From: Phycisphaerales bacterium
GTDB lineage: Bacteria > Planctomycetota > Phycisphaerae > Phycisphaerales > UBA1924
DNA length: 64,000 nt
Reading direction: 5' to 3'
Assembly (NCBI GenBank): GCA_052168315.1
Contig: JBQLZO010000097.1
Location: forward strand, 65,778-129,777
Position numbers and translations under genes: made by a program. Positions 20,943-30,904 of the stretch are shown piece by piece. The notes beneath the pieces are model-generated. The model was not told where the DNA came from. It saw nothing but the letters and a program-made list of their open reading frames with translations, and made no database searches. Numbering within the stretch: position 1 is the stretch's first letter; every line of letters begins with the position of its first letter.

Positions 20943-21797
20943 ATGAATGGTCAACGGATCGAACCCCGCCCGCGACTCGGTGTGTGCTCGTGGTCGCTCG
21001 AACCTCGGTCGCCCGAGGCGCTGTTCGAGCGGGTGCGATCGATCGGGCTCCGCGGCGTGCAACTGGCCCTGGCCCCGCTACGAGATGGGGCATGGTCCAT
21101 CGATGCGGTCGTCCGATCCGCCCGCGAGCACGGCATCGACATCATTTCCGGAATGATGCAGACAATCGGCGAGGATTACTCGACGATCGACCGGATCCGC
21201 GAGACCGGCGGGTTGAGACCAGACGAGCACTGGAACGCCAATCTCGCCAATGCCAACCGTGATGCGGCCGTCGCGCGTGAGCTGGGCATATCCCTCGTCA
21301 CTTTCCATGCGGGGTTCATTCCGGCCCAAGCGACCGATCCGCTCCATGAGGCGATGGTGGAACGCATCGCGGGCATCGCCGCAGTGTTCGGCGAGCACGG
21401 TGTCCGCATCGCGTTAGAGACGGGGCAAGAGGCCGCGGAGACCCTGCGAGCGATGCTGGACCTGCCCGCGCTTGCAGCACATTCGGTCGGTGTGAATTTT
21501 GACCCGGCCAACATGATCTTGTACGGGGCGGGCAATCCGGTCTCAGCGCTCCGCCGCCTGCGGCGCCACACGGTCCAGGTGCACATCAAGGATGCCATCG
21601 AGTCGCCGAGCCCCGGGGCCCAGTGGGGCTCGGAGGTCCCCGTGGGACGAGGGGATGTCGACTGGGCGGCGTTCTTCGCGGCTCTTGACGACGGTCCCGC
21701 GGTCAACGCGGTCATCGAGCGGGAGGCAGGTCGCCAGCGAGTCCATGACATCCGAACCGCGGCCGGGCTCGCCAGGGTCTACGGGTACGCGCCATGA
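20943..21797 (+). CDS. sugar phosphate isomerase/epimerase (xylose isomerase-like TIM barrel)
   Basis: The protein has motifs of the AP endonuclease 2/xylose-isomerase-like TIM-barrel family (GVCSWSL, RIALETG and NFDPANMILYG). Its stop overlaps the next gene. Confidence 0.8.
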   Translation: MNGQRIEPRPRLGVCSWSLEPRSPEALFERVRSIGLRGVQLALAPLRDGAWSIDAVVRSAREHGIDIISGMMQTIGEDYSTIDRIRETGGLRPDEHWNANLANANRDAAVARELGISLVTFHAGFIPAQATDPLHEAMVERIAGIAAVFGEHGVRIALETGQEAAETLRAMLDLPALAAHSVGVNFDPANMILYGAGNPVSALRRLRRHTVQVHIKDAIESPSPGAQWGSEVPVGRGDVDWAAFFAALDDGPAVNAVIEREAGRQRVHDIRTAAGLARVYGYAP

Positions 21798-22837
21798 GTG
21801 CCAAACGCGCGCCGCACATCCGCCGCCCGCCGATCGGTGTTGGAATCATCGGATTTGGGTTCATGGGACGAACGCACGCGGGGGTGTACCACTCGATGGC
21901 GCCGCGGTGCCACATCGTCGGGATCGCCGATCGCGTCAGACCCACACTCGAGCGGGCGGGGAATATCCGAACCGAGGGGACACCGCTCGACCTCTCAGGC
22001 ATCGTCCACCACGCCGATGCCACGGCCCTTCTGGCCGATGCTCGGATCGACTTGGTGAGCGTCTGCACGCCCACGGACACGCATGTGGACATCGCGATCG
22101 CGGCACTCGATGCGGGCAAGCATGTGCTGATTGAGAAGCCGGTGGCGGCGACCACGCCGGAGGTGGAGCGGCTCGCCGAGCGGGCGAGGAACGCTCGAAC
22201 GCTGTGTATGCCCGCGATGTGCCTCCGTTTCTGGGCCGAGTGGGCGCTCCTGGTCGATGCGATTGTGGAACGCCCTTTCGGGAAGCTGCTCAGCCTGACG
22301 ATCGAGCGGCTCTCGCCGCCTCCGGGCTGGAGTGAGGACTTCTACCGTGATGATGCCCGGACCGGTGGCATGATCACCGATCTGCACATCCACGACTCCG
22401 ACCTCCTGATGCACGCCCTGGGTATGCCCGCCGCGGTTTCGACCACGGGGAACGCACATCACCTGAGCACCGCGTATGTGTTCGAGGGGCGCCATGCGAT
22501 GGCCCATGTGACCGCCGAGGCGGCGTGGGATCTTCCGTCCACGGCCGAGTTTCGTATGGCGTTTCGCGCGGTGTTCGAGCGTGGGATGATGGAGCACGAT
22601 TCGCGGCGCGGAACCGGGATTGAACTGCACGCGGACGGCGCGGTCGGGCATCCGACGCCCGGCAATGACCTTCCACCCGATGGCTACGCGGGCGAGATCC
22701 GGGCGTTGGTCGAGTCGATCGAGCGTGGCGAACCGTCGCCTGTCTCGATGGACGATGCGGTCCGCGTGGCGCGGGTGCTGGACGCCGAGCGCGCCAGCCT
22801 CGAGCGTGGGGGAGCGATCGTGCGAGTGGCTCGGTAG
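21794..22837 (+). CDS. Gfo/Idh/MocA family oxidoreductase
   Basis: The protein has the Rossmann motif GVGIIGFGFMGRTHAG and the EKP motif, and is cytoplasmic (no signal peptide). It is translationally coupled (ATGA) to the upstream isomerase gene. Confidence 0.85.
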   Translation: MSAKRAPHIRRPPIGVGIIGFGFMGRTHAGVYHSMAPRCHIVGIADRVRPTLERAGNIRTEGTPLDLSGIVHHADATALLADARIDLVSVCTPTDTHVDIAIAALDAGKHVLIEKPVAATTPEVERLAERARNARTLCMPAMCLRFWAEWALLVDAIVERPFGKLLSLTIERLSPPPGWSEDFYRDDARTGGMITDLHIHDSDLLMHALGMPAAVSTTGNAHHLSTAYVFEGRHAMAHVTAEAAWDLPSTAEFRMAFRAVFERGMMEHDSRRGTGIELHADGAVGHPTPGNDLPPDGYAGEIRALVESIERGEPSPVSMDDAVRVARVLDAERASLERGGAIVRVAR

Positions 22838-22879
22838 CGCGTGCATCCGAGTCGGCCGCGACGCGAGACTCGAGAGGGC

Positions 22880-24274
22880 TCATTGGCCGGCAGGCGGCTC
22901 GCCCGCGGATGGCTCCGAGCCCGTGCGTTCGAACCGACCACGCTTCGGGTAGAACACCACCAGCGCCACCAGGCACGCGATGGCCATCCACATGGGCACG
23001 CCGAAGAGCTTGTCGTAGTGGGTGATCGTCTCGGCCTCGCCCGCCGCGTTCGTGATCTCCTCGGTGGCCCAGCGTCCTACGATGCTCGTGGAGAACCAGC
23101 TCCCCACGATGATGCCGATTCCGACGAAGACCAGGTTGTACAGGTTCTGGGCGCTGGCACGGATGTCGGGCGTGGTCTCCTCATCGACGACCATGAACGC
23201 GACAAAGATGAAGCAACCGAAACAGAACCCATGCATGGTGATGCCGGCGATGGCGATGACGATCTCCGGAATGCCCGCGAACCCCGCGATCGTGTCCATC
23301 TGGCCGAACAGGAGCATGCGCACCGCGTAGGCGGTGATGCCCATGGCGAGCAATGCCTTGCGGCTGATCTTCTTCGCGAACAAGGGGATACAGGCGATAA
23401 CGGCGACCTCGGCCATCTGCCCGATGGTCATGAGCCCTCCACCGCCGACTCCGAACACCGCATTGATTGCGTCGGCGATGTCGCTTCCGCCCGCACGATT
23501 CTGCACGCCCGTGAGGAACGAGGAGGCGTGGACGAAGTAGAGCTGGTGGATGATCGAGATGGGCACCGAGAGGAGGAACAGCGTGACCAGCGGCTGCAGG
23601 CGGATCTCCTTGATGGCCCGCAGTGTCGCGTTCTTCTCCGCCGCGTCGCGCGCGGGCGGGGTGCGGGGGAGCGTGAAGCAGTACAGCCCCATGGCGACAC
23701 CGAGGATCGCGCTGAGCCGGAACGCATCGGCTCGGCCCGCATCCTGTGCCGCCTTGATGACCGCTTCGGTCTCACCGCTCGGTGTGTGGTTGAAATACAG
23801 CCACTGCCCCACGGCGATGCCCGCCAGGATCCAGCCGACCGTGCCCCAGAGCCGCACCTTGCCAAAGTCCTTGTCCCTGTCCGGGAGATGGTGGAACGAC
23901 AGCGAATTGGTCAACGCCAGCGTCGGCGCATAGACCAACCCGTACAGGATGGAAACCAGCAGGAACGGCCAGAACGCATCGATCCACGAGAGCGCAAACA
24001 CCAGCACAGCGCCAGCCAGATGGCTCACGCCCAGAAACTTCTCCGTCGAGAAGTGCCGGTCCGCGACCTGCCCGGCGATGAACGGCCCGATGATCGCACC
24101 GAGCGCTCCGGCGGCGAGGATGCTCCCGACCTGATCGAGGTTGAAGCCGCGGTGTCCGAGCAGGAACGGATACAGGATCGGCAGCCATGATCCCCAGATC
24201 GCGAACTGCAGCAGCATCATCACCGACAACCGCGTCTTCAGAAACGCCGGCACCTGATCGGAGACCTCGCTCAT
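22880..24274 (-). CDS. MFS transporter of the nucleoside:H+ symporter (NupG/XapB-like) family
   Basis: The protein has 12 predicted transmembrane helices, and the N-terminal region LKTRLSVMMLLQFAIWGSWLPILYPFL...GALGAIIGPFIAGQVADR is typical of the nucleoside-permease MFS subfamily. Confidence 0.8.
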   Translation of the reverse strand: MSEVSDQVPAFLKTRLSVMMLLQFAIWGSWLPILYPFLLGHRGFNLDQVGSILAAGALGAIIGPFIAGQVADRHFSTEKFLGVSHLAGAVLVFALSWIDAFWPFLLVSILYGLVYAPTLALTNSLSFHHLPDRDKDFGKVRLWGTVGWILAGIAVGQWLYFNHTPSGETEAVIKAAQDAGRADAFRLSAILGVAMGLYCFTLPRTPPARDAAEKNATLRAIKEIRLQPLVTLFLLSVPISIIHQLYFVHASSFLTGVQNRAGGSDIADAINAVFGVGGGGLMTIGQMAEVAVIACIPLFAKKISRKALLAMGITAYAVRMLLFGQMDTIAGFAGIPEIVIAIAGITMHGFCFGCFIFVAFMVVDEETTPDIRASAQNLYNLVFVGIGIIVGSWFSTSIVGRWATEEITNAAGEAETITHYDKLFGVPMWMAIACLVALVVFYPKRGRFERTGSEPSAGEPPAGQ

Positions 24275-24462
24275 CGCGCCACCTCACCGCTTTCTCCGCC
24301 CCCCTCCTCGACATAGTCAGATCGCCCGGTCGCGAACCGAGGCCGGACTCGTCTCCGAGCGGGCCGTCGCTCAGACTACCGCCCCGATGACGGGCGTGAC
24401 AACGCCAAGTAGCATGCTCCTGATCCGCCGTACACCGACACCCCGGGTCCAACGGAGCCGCC

Positions 24463-25509
24463 ATGCCCCACGACGCCCACGCGCCCCGCTCGCCACGCCC
24501 GCTCACCCTCTTCACCGGCCAGTGGGCCGACCTCCCGCTCGCCCGGCTCGCCGAGATGGCCGCCGGCTGGGGGTACGACGGGCTCGAACTCGCCTGCTGG
24601 GGCGATCACTTCGAGGTGGACCGCGCCCTGAGCGAAGACGGGTACTGCCAGTCCCGCCACGACCTGCTCGCCGCCCACGGGCTCCGCTGCTTCGCGATCT
24701 CCAATCACCTCGTGGGGCAGGCGGTATGCGATCCCATCGACCACCGCCACCGCGCCATCCTCCCCGAGCGAGTCTGGGGCGATGCCGACCCCGAGGGCGT
24801 CCGCCAGCGCGCTGCGCAGGAACTTGTCGACACCGCCGCGGCCGCGGCGCGCCTCGGCGTCAACACCGTCAACGGCTTCACCGGCTCATCGATCTGGCAC
24901 AAGCTCTACTTCTTCCCCCCCACTTCCGCCGAAGAGATCGACGCCGGCTACACCGACTTCGCCGAGCGCTTCACCCCCATCTTCGACGCCTTCCAGGCCC
25001 ACGCCGTCCGCTTCGCGCTCGAGGTCCACCCGACCGAGATCGCCTACGACATCCACACCACCGAACGCGCCCTCGCCGCCGTGAAGCACCACCCGGCCTT
25101 TGGATTCAACTTCGATCCCTCCCACCTCATCTGGCAGGGCATCGACCCGGCGAAGTTCATTCACCGATTTGCCGACCGCATCTTCCATGTCCACATCAAG
25201 GACGCGGCGACCACGCTCGATGGCGAGTCATCCATCCTCGCGTCGCATCTGGCGTTCGGGCATCCGAGTCGCGGCTGGGACTTCCGTTCCCCGGGGCGCG
25301 GCAGCATCGACTTCGAGGCCATCATCCGCGCCCTGCATCACATCAAGTACTCCGGCCCGCTCAGCGTCGAATGGGAAGACTCGGCCATGCACCGCGAGCA
25401 CGGCGCCGCCGAGGCCGCCTCGTTCGTCCGCTCCATCGACTTTCCCCCGAACGACAGCACGGCCTTCGACGCCGCGTTCGATGCCGACACCCGGAGCCCG
25501 CGGCAATGA
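24463..25509 (+). CDS. sugar phosphate isomerase/epimerase (xylose isomerase-like TIM barrel)
   Basis: The protein belongs to the xylose-isomerase-like TIM-barrel family ([27 protein letters not shown] and [11 protein letters not shown]). The overlapping long ORF 24387-26681 was rejected. Confidence 0.8.
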   Translation: MPHDAHAPRSPRPLTLFTGQWADLPLARLAEMAAGWGYDGLELACWGDHFEVDRALSEDGYCQSRHDLLAAHGLRCFAISNHLVGQAVCDPIDHRHRAILPERVWGDADPEGVRQRAAQELVDTAAAAARLGVNTVNGFTGSSIWHKLYFFPPTSAEEIDAGYTDFAERFTPIFDAFQAHAVRFALEVHPTEIAYDIHTTERALAAVKHHPAFGFNFDPSHLIWQGIDPAKFIHRFADRIFHVHIKDAATTLDGESSILASHLAFGHPSRGWDFRSPGRGSIDFEAIIRALHHIKYSGPLSVEWEDSAMHREHGAAEAASFVRSIDFPPNDSTAFDAAFDADTRSPRQ

Positions 25510-26681
25510 CTAGCACACCTGACCACCACCCTCCCCTCCGCTACGCCCTCATCGGCGGCGGCACCGATTCCTTCATCGGCGCGGTCCACCGCAAAGCCGC
25601 CTCGCTCGACGGTCAGGCCATCCTAACCGCCGGCGCGCTCTCCTCCACCCCAGAAAAATCCATCGCCTCCGCGCAGCAGCTCGGTATCCCCGCCGACCGC
25701 GCGTACCCCGACTGGCAAACCCTGCTCGAGTGCGAAGCCGCGCTCCCCGCCGACCAGCGCATCCACTTCCTCTCCATCGTCACGCCGAACCACCTGCACT
25801 ATCCCATCGCGAAGGCCGCGCTCTCCGCCGGGTTCCACATCATCTGCGACAAGCCGTTCACGCACACGAGCGCCCAGGCCGCCGAACTCCGCGATCTCGC
25901 CGATGCGAACGACCTCATCTGCTGCGTCTCGTACAACTACACCGGCTATCCGATGGTCCGCCAGGCCGCGGAGATGGTGGCCAGCGGCCAGCTCGGCACC
26001 ATCCGCAAGGTCATCGCCGAATATCTCCAGGGCTGGCTCACCACGCCCGTCGAAGCCACCGGCATGAAGCAGGCCGCGTGGCGCACCGACCCCGCCCGCG
26101 CGGGGCTCGGCGGCGCGCTGGGCGACATCGGCACCCACGCCGAGAACCTCATGGCGTTCATCACCGGGCTCCGCATCACCGAACTCGCCGCCGATTGCAC
26201 CGCCTTCGTGCCGGGCCGCCAACTCGACGACGACGCGACCATCCTCCTCCGCTTCAACAACGGCGCGAAAGGCTCGCTCACCTGCTCGCAGATCGCCACC
26301 GGCGAGGGCAACAACCAATCCCTCCGCGTCTATGGCGACAAAGGCTCGCTCATCTGGAAACAGGAAGACCCCGAGCAGCTCCTCTTCCTCCCCCTCGACG
26401 CCCAACCCCGCACCTACACCCGAGGCGGCCCCGGCACCGGCCAACGCGCCGCCCACGCCACCCGCATCCCGCAGGGCCACCCGGAAGGTTTCCTCGAAGC
26501 CTTCGCCAACATCTACCTCGGCGCGATCGAATCCATCCGCGCCAAACAGAACAACAATGCCCCCGGCCCGCTCGCCGCCGAGATCCCTACCGCCGAACAC
26601 GGCCGCCGCGGCGTGCGCTTCATCGAAGCGGCCGTGCAATCCAGCGCCAACAACGCGGTGTGGGTCGCGCTCGACGACTGA
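25506..26681 (+). CDS. Gfo/Idh/MocA family oxidoreductase
   Basis: The ATG at 25506 overlaps the upstream stop (ATGA). The protein has the Rossmann motif [19 protein letters not shown] and the DKP motif. Confidence 0.85.
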   Translation: MTSTPDHHPPLRYALIGGGTDSFIGAVHRKAASLDGQAILTAGALSSTPEKSIASAQQLGIPADRAYPDWQTLLECEAALPADQRIHFLSIVTPNHLHYPIAKAALSAGFHIICDKPFTHTSAQAAELRDLADANDLICCVSYNYTGYPMVRQAAEMVASGQLGTIRKVIAEYLQGWLTTPVEATGMKQAAWRTDPARAGLGGALGDIGTHAENLMAFITGLRITELAADCTAFVPGRQLDDDATILLRFNNGAKGSLTCSQIATGEGNNQSLRVYGDKGSLIWKQEDPEQLLFLPLDAQPRTYTRGGPGTGQRAAHATRIPQGHPEGFLEAFANIYLGAIESIRAKQNNNAPGPLAAEIPTAEHGRRGVRFIEAAVQSSANNAVWVALDD

Positions 26682-26855
26682 ACTGCTTCAAGCAAGCCAC
26701 TGCCGATCGTGTTATGGGGCGAACCGCTCCCAATCGTGCGTGATTTCGTGCCGTCGGCCGCACAATCCCCTCCGGCTCCTTATCCGCCTGCGGTACAGTG
26801 ATCCCGCAGACGGATGCACAGCCGTCGCCGCACCGCGCCGAGGAGTTCAGAAAAG

Positions 26856-27824
26856 ATGCCGCGATCACCCTCGTTCATCGTCGCAGCCATCGCTGCGGGC
26901 TGGGCCGCCGCCACCGCCTCAGCGCAGGTCTACGACTTCTCATTCACCCCCGCCGCCAGCGGGCTCGCCGGCACCGCCAACTTCGGCGCTTCCACCAGCG
27001 GCACCCTCATCGGAGACTGGGACGAGACCAACAACCCCGGTGGCACACGCACCAAGCCCGGGGCTTTCGGCCCGTTCGGATCACTCGAAAACCTCCCCGT
27101 CCCGGTGAGCCTCGGCACCGACATCGGCGGCAACATCAACACCCAGACCACCGGCGGTTTCCGCGCCAGCCTCGATACGGCCCTCGGTTCCATCCAGATC
27201 AGCGACTACTCTGCCGACTTCCTCTCTTCTGGACCCATCTCCCTCCCCGCGACCATCTCCCTGCTCTTCGACACATTCCGCACACGCAGTCCCGACTCGC
27301 TCTACATCGGCGGCTTCCCGCTCGAGATCCCGTTTGGCTCGCTCGACCTCACGACCCTCAGCGCGAACCAGAACGCCCCCGCCGCACTCGGCACACTCGA
27401 TCCGCTCGGGGGCAACGCCTACGCGTTCAACGCGATCGTCCCCGTCGAACTCAATGCTTCATTCTCCTTCCTTGGCGATCCGCTCACGCTCGACGCGATC
27501 CCCCTCGCCATCGCCATCACCGGCCAGCTGACGCTCGATGGTGATTCCGCATCGCTGAGCAGCCTCACCCCGATCGGCTTCGCGCAGTCCTTCGAACCTG
27601 GGACCGCCCTCCCCCAGTTCCCCCTCCCACTCCCGACCATCCTCCCGCCGGGCGGCACCGCCGGCCTGCTGTTCGACCTCACCCTCAACAACATCAGCGC
27701 GGAGCTCGACACCACCTTCGCCGCCAGCGCGACGGGCGTGCTCGTACCGTCGCCGGCGCCGGTGGCGATGTTCGGAGTCGCACTGATCGGCGCTTCCACC
27801 CGCCGACGCTCCCCGGTGCGCTGA
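26856..27824 (+). CDS. secreted protein with a PEP-CTERM-like C-terminal sorting signal (PSP variant), paralogue of 10138-10803
   Basis: An AGGAG Shine-Dalgarno sequence precedes the ATG at 26856, and the N-terminus is a signal peptide (MPRSPSFIVAAIAAGWAAATASA). The C-terminus is VPSPAPVAMFGVALIGASTRRRSPVR. Confidence 0.7.
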   Translation: MPRSPSFIVAAIAAGWAAATASAQVYDFSFTPAASGLAGTANFGASTSGTLIGDWDETNNPGGTRTKPGAFGPFGSLENLPVPVSLGTDIGGNINTQTTGGFRASLDTALGSIQISDYSADFLSSGPISLPATISLLFDTFRTRSPDSLYIGGFPLEIPFGSLDLTTLSANQNAPAALGTLDPLGGNAYAFNAIVPVELNASFSFLGDPLTLDAIPLAIAITGQLTLDGDSASLSSLTPIGFAQSFEPGTALPQFPLPLPTILPPGGTAGLLFDLTLNNISAELDTTFAASATGVLVPSPAPVAMFGVALIGASTRRRSPVR

Positions 27825-27852
27825 GCCGGCGCGCACGCCTGCGTCCGGAGCG

Positions 27853-28611
27853 TTACCCGTGCTCGTGTCCGGGCGTCGCCCGAGGCTCCCCGCCGTCGGA
27901 CCGCCGGGAATCGGCATCCTGCGTCGCGTTCGGGTCCACCATCAGCGGCAGTTCCTTGCTGGTGAACGCCTGGCCCGCCTGCCACTTGGCCAGCATCGCA
28001 TCCTGAAGTTCCTTGGCCCGTGGGCCGAGCATCAATGCGATGATCACATCCCGAACCCGAACATTCCGCTCGTCCAGCGCGTGGTGTGGCATGTTCAGCG
28101 GCGCCAGCACGCCGAACCCCAGACCCAGGTGCAAAAGGGTCCAGGCGGTGATCTCCGGAGTAAACGCCTTGGAAACGAATCCGTCGTTCTGCGCCCGCCT
28201 GACCTCATCGGACATGAACGAATGCAGCCGCGCCACATGGCGCTGCAAGGCGGCAAGGATGTCCGGATCCTGAATTTCCATCATCGCCTGGATGATCACC
28301 CGGTAGATCCCCCGCCCTCGCGAGAGCACCGTCGGGTTCGCGCCGATCAGGCGGCGGAGCCGCTGGGCCCGATCTCGAGCCGAGCGCAAGGCTCGATCCC
28401 ATTCATCCAGCGTTCGCTCGGAGGTCCGATCGATCACCGCGATGAACAATTCCTTCTTGGATCGGAAGTGCCGATAAATAATCGGTTCTGTGACTCCTGC
28501 GGCCTTTGAGAGCTCCGCTGTGGTCGCGCCCGCGTACCCCTTCTCGGCGAAGAGATTGATCGCCGTGTTCAGCAACTGCTCACGGCGTTGGGCGGCGGGG
28601 AGTCGGGTCAT
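27853..28611 (-). CDS. TetR/AcrR family transcriptional regulator
   Basis: The N-terminal helix-turn-helix is QRREQLLNTAINLFAEKGYAGATTAELSKAAGVTEPIIYRHFRSKKELF. The start was taken at the Met of MTRLPAAQ. Confidence 0.8.
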   Translation of the reverse strand: MTRLPAAQRREQLLNTAINLFAEKGYAGATTAELSKAAGVTEPIIYRHFRSKKELFIAVIDRTSERTLDEWDRALRSARDRAQRLRRLIGANPTVLSRGRGIYRVIIQAMMEIQDPDILAALQRHVARLHSFMSDEVRRAQNDGFVSKAFTPEITAWTLLHLGLGFGVLAPLNMPHHALDERNVRVRDVIIALMLGPRAKELQDAMLAKWQAGQAFTSKELPLMVDPNATQDADSRRSDGGEPRATPGHEHG

Positions 28612-28802
28612 CGTGGCGCGTGCTCCGTGACTGTCCTGCAACAATGAGGCATGTACGTCCGCTGCAACGCCCGACGGGCGACTCCCGACCATGCGCCGGA
28701 GAAGCGATGACGGTTATCGGTAAATCTACACTAACTTCTGTGGGTGGCAACGGGAGACCCTCGGCCCGACGCCCGGAACCCCCAGACCGGTGGGGAATCG
28801 GG

Positions 28803-29069
28803 TCATTCCCCATTCGACTCCCTGCCCGCACTCCTCAATCCAGCCTCGTCCGTGGGGCGGCGACACTCTGGGAGCGGACACGGGTCGTAACCGGCCCTCC
28901 CACCAGGGCGGCACGACAGCAACCGACGGGCGATCAGCCAGACCGCGCGAGGCGGCGCGTGCCATCGACAGGCGTCCAACGCATACTGGCTGCAGGTCGG
29001 CACGAACCGGCAGTGCATCCCCATCACCGGCGAGAGCGTCAATCGGTAGATCCGGACGAGCCCAACCAA
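28803..29069 (-). CDS. yidD: membrane protein insertion efficiency factor YidD
   Basis: The protein matches the YidD consensus (LVGLVRIYRLTLSPVMGMHCRFVPTCSQYALDA...GGRAGYDPCP). Only a TTG start fits, so the start is uncertain. It lies immediately downstream of rnpA, as in the canonical rnpA-yidD arrangement. Confidence 0.6.
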   Translation of the reverse strand: MVGLVRIYRLTLSPVMGMHCRFVPTCSQYALDACRWHAPPRAVWLIARRLLSCRPGGRAGYDPCPLPECRRPTDEAGLRSAGRESNGE

Positions 29070-29170
29070 TGGGAGGTTCAGGATCGTGAATCTGGATGGC
29101 TTCGGAGCATCGGGCGGCGCGGGGACAGGGATGATCCTGTTGGGGCCTGTCGATTGGTCCAAGTCATCGC

Positions 29171-29587
29171 TCACTCGATCCCCTGCCCGGTCGTGGAGCC
29201 CGGGAGGGCGCCACCGGCCGATCGATCGCGCTTGGATCGCCAAGAGGCGGCCAGCCAATCCCAGGCCGACCCCAGCCAGTTCTGGTATCGGCCCACCGAT
29301 GCCGGATTGTGCGCCCGCACCGTCACGATCAGGTCAAATCCCGCGGGCATGTTCGGTCGGATCACGCGGAACGCCTCACGGACGCGTCGCTTGATCGCGT
29401 TCCGTACGACCGCGGGGCCGGCCCGGCGCCCGATCGAGAGACCGAGGCGAGCGTGCGGGAGCCCATTCGGACGCGCGTACACCGTGATAGGCCCACGCGT
29501 GGTCCGGACCCGATCGGCGAACACGCCTTGGTATTCGCGATCCCGCGACAGACGGTGTCGGCGACGGAAGTGAAGCGGCTCGGTCAC
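29171..29587 (-). CDS. rnpA: ribonuclease P protein component
   Basis: The N-terminal LHFRRRHRLSRDREYQGVF...ITVYARPNGLPHARLGLSIGRRAGPAVVRNAIKRRVRE is characteristic of RnpA. A GTG start overlaps the upstream stop (GTGA). The C-terminal tail overlaps yidD in another frame. Confidence 0.75.
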   Translation of the reverse strand: MTEPLHFRRRHRLSRDREYQGVFADRVRTTRGPITVYARPNGLPHARLGLSIGRRAGPAVVRNAIKRRVREAFRVIRPNMPAGFDLIVTVRAHNPASVGRYQNWLGSAWDWLAASWRSKRDRSAGGALPGSTTGQGIE

Positions 29588-30837
29588 GGACGGATGCTAG
29601 CGTCCGTGGGGGCGACAGCGATGGAATCCGAATCAGCAAAGTCCAGCCCCACCACGATCGCGCGATGGTCGGACCCGAACGCCTCGAGCACCCGGGAGTT
29701 GCGGGGCTTCAGGCCCCCGTTCACAAAGGCGTGGTCGATCCGGAACCCGAGTGACTCGGGCACGAGCCGGGTGTGGGCGGGCCAAGTGTCGCCACGGAGC
29801 ACGCCGACGCTGGCGTGGACATCGCGCAGCCCAGCGCTGCGGATCTGAGCGTGCATCCGGCTGCGGGGCGTTGAATTGAAATCGCCCATCAGCAGGACCG
29901 GAACGGCGCTCGCATCCGCAAGCCGATCTTCGGCGATGGCGTCAACGAGCCCCCGGACCTGCAGGCCCTGCGCGGCCGTGTTCGTGGGACCCATCGGGGA
30001 GATGAGATGGATGTTCTGAATGAGCACCCTCCGCCCGTGAACATCGAGCCGGACACGGAGTTGGAGGTCGGAGGCATCGCGGAACGGGTGGGTTCCGGGA
30101 TCGTGGTCCGGGGCGACAAATCGCACCGACTCCGGTTCGTCGACGAGCGGGAATCGCGACATGACGCACTGCCCGTAGAGCGGACCCTGGTCGAGGTGTG
30201 CGAAGTGCGGATGCGAGTCGATTAGGAGTTCGTGGATCCTGCGTGCGGTCGAGCGAGACGCTTCTTGCAGGAGCACCACATCTGCATCGTGTCGCTTCAC
30301 GGCCTCCGCCAGCGGCGCGATCTCCCCGTTGCCGCGAAAGGTGTTGTGTGAGAGCACGATCAAGTCCGGTCGCTCGGGCTTGGATTGGCCCGCGGACGCC
30401 GCCGGGACCACAACGCCGGCGCGGCCGCGTGTCGCGCCATCGCCGATCGTCCGTGCGATCCACCATGACTCAGGGCCAAGAGCGAACAAGGCCACCGGCG
30501 CGAGCACGAACACCGAAAGGCGCCACTGCCGCAGCGCCAACGCCACTCCGACCAACCCGAGCACGCCAAGGCCGATCTGGAACGAGAGCGTCCGAATGGC
30601 AAAGGCCACGAAGTGCGCGCCCTCCAGCGCGAGCCCGCCGCGCGCGCTCATTCCGGGCCAAACCCACGCTGCGCTGATGGTCACGACGAGCCCGAATGCC
30701 AAGAGCCACATCGTCGTGCGCGCCCAGCGCAACAGTTCACCCATCCCCTTTCGAGCCCACGCCCAGTGAGCGTACGGGTGGGGCGTGCTGTCCGGGCAGG
30801 GGGAAGGCGGCGGCGTCTGGAGTTGTGTGCGGTTCAT
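29584..30837 (-). CDS. membrane-anchored endonuclease/exonuclease/phosphatase (EEP) family protein
   Basis: The N-terminus has 3-4 transmembrane helices, and the C-terminal domain is an EEP domain (LIVLSHNTFRG...DVVLLQE...LMGDFNSTP...FGSDHRAIVV). The start is uncertain (candidates 30837, 30744 or 30711). Confidence 0.7.
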   Translation of the reverse strand: MNRTQLQTPPPSPCPDSTPHPYAHWAWARKGMGELLRWARTTMWLLAFGLVVTISAAWVWPGMSARGGLALEGAHFVAFAIRTLSFQIGLGVLGLVGVALALRQWRLSVFVLAPVALFALGPESWWIARTIGDGATRGRAGVVVPAASAGQSKPERPDLIVLSHNTFRGNGEIAPLAEAVKRHDADVVLLQEASRSTARRIHELLIDSHPHFAHLDQGPLYGQCVMSRFPLVDEPESVRFVAPDHDPGTHPFRDASDLQLRVRLDVHGRRVLIQNIHLISPMGPTNTAAQGLQVRGLVDAIAEDRLADASAVPVLLMGDFNSTPRSRMHAQIRSAGLRDVHASVGVLRGDTWPAHTRLVPESLGFRIDHAFVNGGLKPRNSRVLEAFGSDHRAIVVGLDFADSDSIAVAPTDASIRP

Positions 30838-30904
30838 CCGGCCCGTCCTACGCCTTTCGGTCGGGCCAGGTTCGCACCCGGCCGGACCGAACATCGGCAG
30901 GGCG

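Noticed and set aside
22841-24190. 449-aa plus-strand ORF antisense to the MFS transporter gene.
   Set aside because: It is Asp/Arg/His/Glu-rich low-complexity sequence without any domain pattern. The opposite strand encodes a convincing 12-transmembrane-helix transporter.
25623-26639. 338-aa minus-strand ORF antisense to the oxidoreductase gene at 25506-26681.
   Set aside because: It is Gly/Ala/Glu/Arg-rich repetitive sequence, a shadow of the GC-rich coding strand.
24387-26681. 764-aa plus-strand ORF spanning the TIM-barrel gene and the following oxidoreductase gene.
   Set aside because: The first ~373 residues are an Arg/Pro-rich read-through in an alternative frame of the isomerase gene. 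A clean ATG at 25506 with an ATGA overlap starts a canonical Gfo/Idh/MocA protein.
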